Part shown: piece after piece, positions 36,893 through 43,502 of the stretch
Layout: each line of letters opens with the position of its first letter
How positions within the stretch are numbered: the stretch's first letter is position 1
Origin: an uncultured Acidobacteriota bacterium
GTDB lineage: Bacteria > Actinomycetota > Acidimicrobiia > Spongiisociales > ZC4RG35
DNA length: 43,502 nt
Assembly (NCBI GenBank): GCA_963828465.1
Contig: CAWHEU010000001.1
Coordinates: forward strand, 1 to 43,502
Reading direction: 5' to 3'
Program-made: the position numbers and the translations under genes
Notes under the pieces: model-generated
What the model was told of the DNA's origin: nothing
The model's input: the letters and a program-made list of their open reading frames with translations, nothing else
The model's database searches: none

Positions 36893-37875
36893 GTGATTTC
36901 GGGTTTCTCTCGCCTGGCCGTCTGGCCATTCTCATCCTGCCCGTGGCCCTCACGGTCGGTTACCTGGTGCTGCAAGCAAGACGGCGTCGCTATGCGATGC
37001 GGTTCACGACGGTCGAAATGCTCGATGAGGTAGCACCGGACCGCCCAGGGTGGCGCCGACATCTCCCGGCGATAGGGCTGATCGTGGCCGCGGTGGTAGC
37101 GACTATGGCCTTCGCCCGCCCGGTCATAGCCGGGGAGACCCGTGAGTCGACCCAGCTGGTGGTGCTGGCAATCGACACATCGATCTCGATGGAGGCCGAA
37201 GACGTGTCGCCGTCCAGGGTCGACGCGGCCCGGGAGGCTGCCGGGGCGTTCCTCGACGCAGTGCCCGAGGGCGTCGCTGTCGGGGTTGTCGGATTCGACG
37301 GCGTGGCCAGGAACCTGATCTCTCCGACCACCCGCATCGACGCGGTGCGCCGGGTGATCGAAGGATCCATCAATCACAGCGGGTTGGGAGAAGGCACCGC
37401 GATCGGCGAGGCCGTGTTTCTCGGTATCGAGGCCATCGAGGCTTCCGGCAGTGAGACAGATGACGAGTCGGCGACTTCTGACGAGGCCGTCGGCACGATC
37501 GTCATCCTCTCCGATGGTGAGACAACGATGGGTCGCACCAACGACGAGGCTGCCACCGCAGCCCGCAGTGCCGGCATCCCGGTTCATACCATCGCCTTCG
37601 GAACAGACGCCGGGACGATCATGGACCCGTTCGAGGGCGAGGTTCCGGTGCCGGTCAACGAGGAAGCCCTGGCCGAACTGGCTCGCCAGACCGACGGCAA
37701 GGCACTCACCGCGGCATCGGTCGAGCAGCTCAGCCAGGTCTACGAGGATCTCGGGCGCTCCGTCACCGTCGAGAAGGAACAAGTCGAGATCGGTGACTGG
37801 TTTGCCGGCGCCGCCCTGGCCCTCCTCAGCCTGGCCGGTGTGGGCTCGCTGGTTTGGTTCGGCCGACTCCCCTAA
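36889..37875 (+). CDS. VWA domain membrane protein (BatA/Rv1481-like)
   Basis: N-terminal TM, MIDAS motif DTSISM, GTAIGEA, LSDG; C-terminal TM. Confidence 0.9.
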   Translation: MSDFGFLSPGRLAILILPVALTVGYLVLQARRRRYAMRFTTVEMLDEVAPDRPGWRRHLPAIGLIVAAVVATMAFARPVIAGETRESTQLVVLAIDTSISMEAEDVSPSRVDAAREAAGAFLDAVPEGVAVGVVGFDGVARNLISPTTRIDAVRRVIEGSINHSGLGEGTAIGEAVFLGIEAIEASGSETDDESATSDEAVGTIVILSDGETTMGRTNDEAATAARSAGIPVHTIAFGTDAGTIMDPFEGEVPVPVNEEALAELARQTDGKALTAASVEQLSQVYEDLGRSVTVEKEQVEIGDWFAGAALALLSLAGVGSLVWFGRLP

Positions 37876-37902
37876 GGGATCCCCTCTTCCTGTGTCGACT
37901 GG

Positions 37903-39132
37903 TCACTGGAACAGCGAGCGCAGGTGTTGGTTGAGGAAGGTCCCGTTGGGGTCGAATCGCCGACGCATCTCGAGGAAGTCCTGATATCGGGGAAACAGAG
38001 CCGCGATGCGCTCCGATGTCATGAAATGGATCTTGCCCCAGTGGGGTCGGCCGCCATACTCGGCGAACAGCTCGTCGCAGGCGCGGAGGTACGGCCAATA
38101 GTCGGTTCCCGGCTCGCCTGAGACGGAGACAACGAGATTGTCCCTCTGATAATTGGGGCTCAGCCAGGCATCGTCGGCAGCGACCACCCGGATTTCCAGC
38201 GGGTAGACACTCAGCGGGAGCCAGTCGAGCATCAGCTTTCGCATCCCGTCCATGATCTCTCGGGCCTGCTCGATGGGCAGGAAGTACTCGACCTCGTGGA
38301 AATTGGGGTCGTAGACCATCGGGTAGATCCGGTAGGAGCGGTCGATGCGCTCGCCCTCGGGCAGGCCGTCGGGCGACGTGCCGGGTTCGACCTCCAGATA
38401 TCGCTTGACCACACAATCGTCGGCGCCGGCGTCATGGAGGTTGTAGAGGGCGGCCGAGGCCTCGGTCGGCATCCAGAACAGGCCGAAATGGCGGTACTCC
38501 TCCAGGTCGGACTCGAAGCGCTCCATGACCTCGTCGTACTTCATGATGTCGATCCGGGCGTGCAGGTCATAGGCGGGGACAACCTTGAGCGTGACCTCGG
38601 TCATGATGCCGAGCAGACCAATCGACGCCTGGAGGGCATGAAGGACATCCAGGTCGCTGTCTCTCGTGATCTCGACGAGATTCCCCAATCCGTCGACGAA
38701 CCTCGCTCCTTCGAGGGCCGCCGAGAAGTTGGGCTGTTTCAGGCCCGACCCGTGGGTCGCGGTGGCGATGGCGCCGGCTATCGCCTGTGTGTCGATGTCG
38801 CCTTGATTGGCAAGAGCCAGGCCATGTTCCCACAGCGGATCGCCGAAATCAGCGATGGTGGTCTTCGGCCCGGCCTTAACCGTGAGTTGTCCAGGATCGA
38901 CCTCGATTATCCCGCGGAGCGGGCTGGTGTCGAGCAGGACATCAGTTTCGACGATCGGGGTGAACGAGTGCCCGGTGCCGACCGTGCGGATCGAGTGTCC
39001 GCTGGAGGACGCCCTCGCCACTTCACGCTGGACGTCGGTCTCGGAATCGACGCCCACGATCTCTCTCGGTGAGAAAGACTGGTTGCCGACCCAATTGGTC
39101 CAGCTCCCGCCATCCATCGAACTGGTTGTCAC
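37903..39132 (-). CDS. FAD-linked oxidase, aldonolactone oxidase (ALO/GULO) family
   Basis: WTNWVG, GTGHSF (covalent-FAD His), NQGDID, AIATATHG and GGRPHWGK motifs; alternative start ATG 39117. Confidence 0.9.
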   Translation of the reverse strand: MTTSSMDGGSWTNWVGNQSFSPREIVGVDSETDVQREVARASSSGHSIRTVGTGHSFTPIVETDVLLDTSPLRGIIEVDPGQLTVKAGPKTTIADFGDPLWEHGLALANQGDIDTQAIAGAIATATHGSGLKQPNFSAALEGARFVDGLGNLVEITRDSDLDVLHALQASIGLLGIMTEVTLKVVPAYDLHARIDIMKYDEVMERFESDLEEYRHFGLFWMPTEASAALYNLHDAGADDCVVKRYLEVEPGTSPDGLPEGERIDRSYRIYPMVYDPNFHEVEYFLPIEQAREIMDGMRKLMLDWLPLSVYPLEIRVVAADDAWLSPNYQRDNLVVSVSGEPGTDYWPYLRACDELFAEYGGRPHWGKIHFMTSERIAALFPRYQDFLEMRRRFDPNGTFLNQHLRSLFQ

Positions 39133-39170
39133 CGGCCCGGAATGTACCCAGACATCTCGGGCCGGTGACA
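39127..39170 (-). terminator. Long hairpin after the TPR gene that overlaps the oxidase GTG start
   Basis: Perfect 13-bp inverted repeat TGTCACCGGCCCG / CGGGCCGGTGACA plus inner ATGT/ACAT pairing. Confidence 0.65.
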
Positions 39171-39180
39171 GGTTCGTTGA

Positions 39181-40494
39181 TCAACCCTCTAATGACTCCA
39201 GCACGCTCTTGGCATGAGGGGCCTGGAGGGGATGGAACATTGGTGCGTTGTCCAGAGCCTCTGAGAGCTCGAGGCGCGCCTGCTCCTCGTTCCCTTCGGC
39301 CAGGGCGATCAGGCCGGAGTGGTAGAGGATCTGCGGCTCCCTGAGCCCGACATCGAGGACCTTGTCGATCTGGCTTCTGGCTTCCTCGACCCGGCCGGCT
39401 CTGTACAGGGCCCAGGCGTAGGTGTCGAGGCCAAACGGATCCGATCGCTGACTCACATCGACCTCGGCGAGCTCGACTGCACGCTCCGGCTCCAGATCGT
39501 GATCGGCCAGGTATTGGGCCAGCGTCCGTCGATAGGCGTCCTGATGAACTGGAGTCTCGCTGGCTGCCGGCTCCACCTGGTCATAGAAGGCCTCGGCTCG
39601 CCGCTCATCACCCAGGGCCACGGAGAGATCACCGAGGATGGCGAGCGTGCCGGGGTCCGGGCTCAAGGCTGCTGCTCCCTCATAGGCCGTGAATGCCTCT
39701 TCGAGCCTTCCGTCGGACATCAGCACGGCACCCAACGTCGCCCGTGAGGACGACCAGGTGGGATCGGCCTCGATGGCCCGATTCAGCATGGTCTCTGCCT
39801 GCTCGTATCGACCGAGATCGTTGAGGAAGTGGGCGGCAAACGTCAGATGAAAGGCGAGACGCCGGGGCTCGGAGCCATCGGCTTCGGTGACCCGCAATGC
39901 TTCCTCCGCATAGCCGAGTGCCGCTGGGACGTCCCCCATCGAATCGGCGTGCTGGGCACGGCGAGTCAGGATCTCGGGTATCTCACCGGTGATTGCGGCG
40001 ACCTTCTCCAATGCCGCGGCAGCCGCCTCGGCGTCACCGAGCTCGAACTGGGCGTCCGCAACCACCAACGGTGCTGCCGCGTCCGTGGTGTCGGATGCGG
40101 CGAGGCTCGAGGCGAGCCCGAGTGCCTCGTCGAAACGATGCACGGCTAGGTAGGACTGGGCGAGGCGGAGACCGGCTACGCGGTCCTCCGGCGCCAGGTT
40201 CACCGCTTTTTCGAGACTGTCGATGGCAGATCCGTAGTCGCCGAGATCGTCGACCAGCTCGGCCCGCTCCAGATAGAGCCTGCCCAGCTCGCTCAAGTCC
40301 AGAGGGTCGCCGTTCTCGGTGACTCGCTCCTCGAAGACGGAGATCAGGCGTTCGACCTCGCCCAGGCGGGGGATGGGGGACTGTTCGAAAGCACTAGCCG
40401 GCGCGGTTTCTGGGGTGTCGGTGAGTGCGCGGAGGCCGTAGGAACCGGCAACCAGCAGCCCGATGGCAACTATGGCGGTGATTGCTCGTCTCAT
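39181..40494 (-). CDS. Tetratricopeptide-repeat protein with N-terminal signal/anchor
   Basis: MRRAITAIVAIGLLV followed by repeated TPR helices; DTYAWALYRAG and YHSGLIA. Confidence 0.85.
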   Translation of the reverse strand: MRRAITAIVAIGLLVAGSYGLRALTDTPETAPASAFEQSPIPRLGEVERLISVFEERVTENGDPLDLSELGRLYLERAELVDDLGDYGSAIDSLEKAVNLAPEDRVAGLRLAQSYLAVHRFDEALGLASSLAASDTTDAAAPLVVADAQFELGDAEAAAAALEKVAAITGEIPEILTRRAQHADSMGDVPAALGYAEEALRVTEADGSEPRRLAFHLTFAAHFLNDLGRYEQAETMLNRAIEADPTWSSSRATLGAVLMSDGRLEEAFTAYEGAAALSPDPGTLAILGDLSVALGDERRAEAFYDQVEPAASETPVHQDAYRRTLAQYLADHDLEPERAVELAEVDVSQRSDPFGLDTYAWALYRAGRVEEARSQIDKVLDVGLREPQILYHSGLIALAEGNEEQARLELSEALDNAPMFHPLQAPHAKSVLESLEG

Positions 40495-40523
40495 GTCGAT
40501 CCTTTCTCGATACCGCCCGAGTG

Positions 40524-40554
40524 TTGGCCGGTGGGGGTTTCCCCCACCGGCCAA
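40524..40554 (-). terminator. Intra-operon stem-loop between the DUF4331 and TPR genes
   Basis: Perfect 14-bp stem TTGGCCGGTGGGGG-TTT-CCCCCACCGGCCAA. Confidence 0.75.
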
Positions 40555-40558
40555 TGAC

Positions 40559-41710
40559 TCAGCTGTTTGGCACTCCCAGGTATGGGAACTTGGACAGGTA
40601 GTCGTCGTGCGGCCCGATTCCATCGGTGTTGATGGCGCCGTCGGCATCTCGATCATCGAACAGACCGAGCGGGTCTCCACCCGTCACGATCCGCAACTCG
40701 ATGTCGATGACGTCGTCGGCCAGGGCGCGGCCGTTCAACGGTCCCGCAGCAGCGGTTGCGGTGTCGTAGGTGATGACATCCGGCAACAGCACGCCGGCGA
40801 GGGCGCCCGCCGCCGCATCGCTATAGGCGCCTTCGACGTCCAGCGATGAGAATGCCTGCAACGCTGCGATCGTGCCGGCCGTGAAGTCGGCGACATCGCG
40901 GTTGGGCTTCCCGGCGTTGAACACGTTCTTGGCGTTGGAGTCCGCCCCGACGATCGGTCCGGAGCTGTTGACCACGGTGTTGATCGCGGGCCGACCCATG
41001 CGATCGACCTGGCGATCGCGACTGCCGTTCTCGGAGCTCGTGGTGCCCCACACTCCGATCTGCTTGCCCAGCTTGGAGTCGGGTACCTCGATCACGATGG
41101 CGAGGGTGTTGAGGTCTTCGAAGAAGTCGCTCTCCATGCCGTCGTTGAACATCCGTGACCCGACGCCTTCGACGGTTCCACGGAAACCGCTGAGGTCGAA
41201 GAAGAACGGGTCCGAGCGCAGGCCGGTGAACACCTTGCCATTGCCCGAGCACAGTCGGATCGTGTCTTCGGTGCGGCCGAATCCGATCAACTTGCCGTCC
41301 GGGGTGACCTCACGGGCCTCGGACCCGGTCGCCCTGCGGACAGTCACGAACTGTCCATCACGGAAGAAGCGATCGGCGAAGGTGAACGAGTACGTCAGGT
41401 CCTCGACTGCATCGCCGTTCTGATCGATCCTCAAGTGATATGCACCTTCCCGACGATCGGCAAACTTCGTGTCGCCGGTGGCTATCGGGTTGACCGTGGC
41501 CGCCAGCACCGTCTTGGAGGGATCCGAGCCCTCGAAGACATACACGTCGTTGATGTCGAGTCGGGTCTTGCCTCCGGGCGAGGTCAACCCCGGTGCATCG
41601 AGGTGATCCGCCCCCTGGGCGGTCAAAGGGGCAAACGCAAACGTGGCTACCAGGGCAAGTAGCACCCAGATGGCCACATTCGACGCCGCCTTTCGTATTG
41701 TCGTCATCAT
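40559..41710 (-). CDS. DUF4331 family secreted protein
   Basis: Signal peptide then ADHLDAP, DINDVYVF, GLRSDPFFFDL, QVDRMGRPAIN, NGRALADDVID and FPYLG; GGAGG RBS. Confidence 0.88.
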   Translation of the reverse strand: MMTTIRKAASNVAIWVLLALVATFAFAPLTAQGADHLDAPGLTSPGGKTRLDINDVYVFEGSDPSKTVLAATVNPIATGDTKFADRREGAYHLRIDQNGDAVEDLTYSFTFADRFFRDGQFVTVRRATGSEAREVTPDGKLIGFGRTEDTIRLCSGNGKVFTGLRSDPFFFDLSGFRGTVEGVGSRMFNDGMESDFFEDLNTLAIVIEVPDSKLGKQIGVWGTTSSENGSRDRQVDRMGRPAINTVVNSSGPIVGADSNAKNVFNAGKPNRDVADFTAGTIAALQAFSSLDVEGAYSDAAAGALAGVLLPDVITYDTATAAAGPLNGRALADDVIDIELRIVTGGDPLGLFDDRDADGAINTDGIGPHDDYLSKFPYLGVPNS

Positions 41711-41745
41711 CGCCTCCTTCCAAAGTCGTTCGATGACGCGGGTAG

Positions 41746-41772
41746 TTCGGAGCCGCCGAGTGCATGGTTTGG
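41746..41772 (-). promoter_or_regulatory. ECF sigma (SigK-like) promoter candidate
   Basis: Minus strand CCAAACC-N15-CCGAA, 35 bp upstream of the DUF4331 start. Confidence 0.5.
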
Positions 41773-41815
41773 GACGATTTCGGGTAGGACTCGTGTGTCC
41801 GACGAGAGGAAGCCG

Positions 41816-42253
41816 ATGTCAGACAGCGATCACGTGGCGAAAGTGTCCACGGTCATCGATGCCCCGAAGGAAGAGGTCTGGGAGGCCCTGACCGACCCGG
41901 AGTCGATCAGCCAATACATGTTTGGGACGAAGGTGACCACCGACTGGAGCGAGGGAAGCCCGATCACCTGGGAAGGGGAATGGGACGGTCGGTCATACCA
42001 GGACAAGGGCACAGTCCGCGAGGTCCTTCCGCCCCAGGTCCTCGAGTACAGCCACTTCAGCCCGTTGACCGGGTTGCCCGATGTGCCGGAGAACTATCAC
42101 ACGGTCCGCATCGAGGTGGTCGACGACGGCCCGGCGACAAAGGTGACTCTGATCCAGGACCACAACGAGACCGTCGAGGCGAAGGACCACTCCGAGGGCA
42201 ACTGGCAGACGATGCTCGACGGTCTCAAGAAGGTCGTCGAAGAAGGTTCCTAA
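41816..42253 (+). CDS. SRPBCC/AHSA1 domain protein
   Basis: IDAPKEEVWEALTDP, YMFG, WEGEW and NWQTMLDGLK motifs; GAGGA RBS. Confidence 0.88.
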   Translation: MSDSDHVAKVSTVIDAPKEEVWEALTDPESISQYMFGTKVTTDWSEGSPITWEGEWDGRSYQDKGTVREVLPPQVLEYSHFSPLTGLPDVPENYHTVRIEVVDDGPATKVTLIQDHNETVEAKDHSEGNWQTMLDGLKKVVEEGS

Positions 42254-42299
42254 CCGGGCTCCACAGCTACCTGGCCGGCCTCGTAGTCGATCCAGGCGG

Positions 42300-43502
42300 T
42301 TTCGACGGCTGAAAGGGTTTCCTGCGCCGACTTGCCGCTGTTGGACACGCCATCGGCGGGCCCTCGACCTTGACCGCGCCGGTCAGCGCTGGATCGCGGC
42401 GGGTGGTCGGCGTCATCGACCCGTACATGCTTCCCGCCGCCCTCATCAGGTCGCTGCAGCCGATCGACGGTCCGGCCTGACGCCGGCCATCCGCCTGGAG
42501 TCGTGGTATCAAAAGAAGGGTTCATGGTGACCAGCAGAGGCCGATTCACAGAAAGAAGAGTGGGTCAAGCTCGACCTGGCCCCGCTGGTCGCTGGCATGG
42601 GAGTCCGCCAGCCGAGGGAGGCGGCCCGAATCCCCGACACGTCGAAGGAGTCGATGGCGGCGATGAAGTCCGCCGCCGCCCCCACGGACGAGGAAGGCGC
42701 TTGGCGCCGGACCTGCTCGCTGGCCCCAAGGTGGAGCTGGAGGAGAAACAGTACGCCCTGTCGGACCTCTAGCGGGAGCTCGGTGGTCGACCCTCGCGGA
42801 GCTGACCTGGACCAGCTACGGGTAGTCGACTAAGAACGGGCACCCCAGAAGGCGACGGCGGAGGAGGCGACCCGGCAATCGTGCCTGGGTCCTCCAGCTC
42901 GGCCTAGGACGCTGCTGGAGCTGCGAGAGGGCGTGGATTTTTCGGGATGGGTGCTGAGCATGTCAGCGCATGGGGAACGGCAGACCCCCGTCTAGCTGGA
43001 GGAGAGGACCTGGGAGACGTTCGCTTCTGGATCGTAAAGTCGGGACCGCTCGCCCCCGCCCCTAGGCAACAGTCGCCCGAGCGACCGAAACTCAGCGAGA
43101 GATCCGACCGGACCTGGTCGCGCCTGCACCTGATGGCTGGCCTGGCACGGGCGACTGAGTCTCGCCGTCTGCACGCTCGCAAGTGGCTACCCCTACCCAC
43201 TTCACGCTGCACCGTGATGGGGACGGTGGCGTCGTCCTCGAAGAAACTCTAGAACTGACCCTGCCCATCTCCTCCTTGGGGACGCTGTGGTTGTCCTCCG
43301 TGAGCGGGCCCCCAGGAACAGCAGAAGAATCGCCTCGACGGAGACACGCCGATCCACGGAATCGTCGGACCATGGCTTTTCGATCCTACTTAGTCACGTG
43401 GAAATGTACGAGGGAAGGGCGCCTCCGAAGTGCTCGACGACCTTGTCGGGGCGCCCGGTTGGTGATCCCTACGTCCCCCTGAGTCTCGAGAGCTTGGAGG
43501 AC
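42300..43502 (+). pseudogene. Probable decayed coding DNA of unknown identity
   Basis: No long ORF; short protein-like plus-strand segments broken by stops and frame changes. Confidence 0.25.

Overview
High-GC, gene-dense actinobacterial chromosomal segment. The Thr/Ala-rich lipoprotein linker and gene content suggest Acidimicrobiia, but this is an inference. I found no rRNA, tRNA, CRISPR array or recognisable mobile element. The left ~20 kb is a catabolic island. It holds a frameshifted amidase, a four-gene sugar (CUT2) ABC importer, two Gfo/Idh/MocA dehydrogenases and a TIM-barrel isomerase/dehydratase. It also holds a tightly coupled 10-gene operon (9903-20338) encoding a split PEP-synthase-like dikinase (phenylphosphate synthase/CreHI architecture), a three-subunit xanthine-oxidase-family molybdoenzyme, an SDR, an MBL-fold hydrolase, a histidine phosphatase, IolC and a class I aldolase. 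I do not recognise this combination as a described pathway. It is the best candidate for a novel system, possibly phosphorylation-primed, O2-independent hydroxylation of an unknown, perhaps glycosylated, substrate. The middle contains a cupin, a methyltransferase, a YciI-like protein, DUF47-PitA, a PadR module, a TetR gene with a four-copy operator array in front of two tandem MDR reductases, a K+ channel, DUF6325/SHOCT genes and a hidden ZIP-transporter remnant. The right part contains a response regulator-kinase-PDZ-less HtrA-MoxR-DUF58-VWA operon, an ALO-type FAD oxidase, a DUF4331-TPR pair with a SigK-like promoter, an SRPBCC protein and about 1.25 kb of probably decayed coding DNA. All family calls come from motif recognition by eye; no searches were run.
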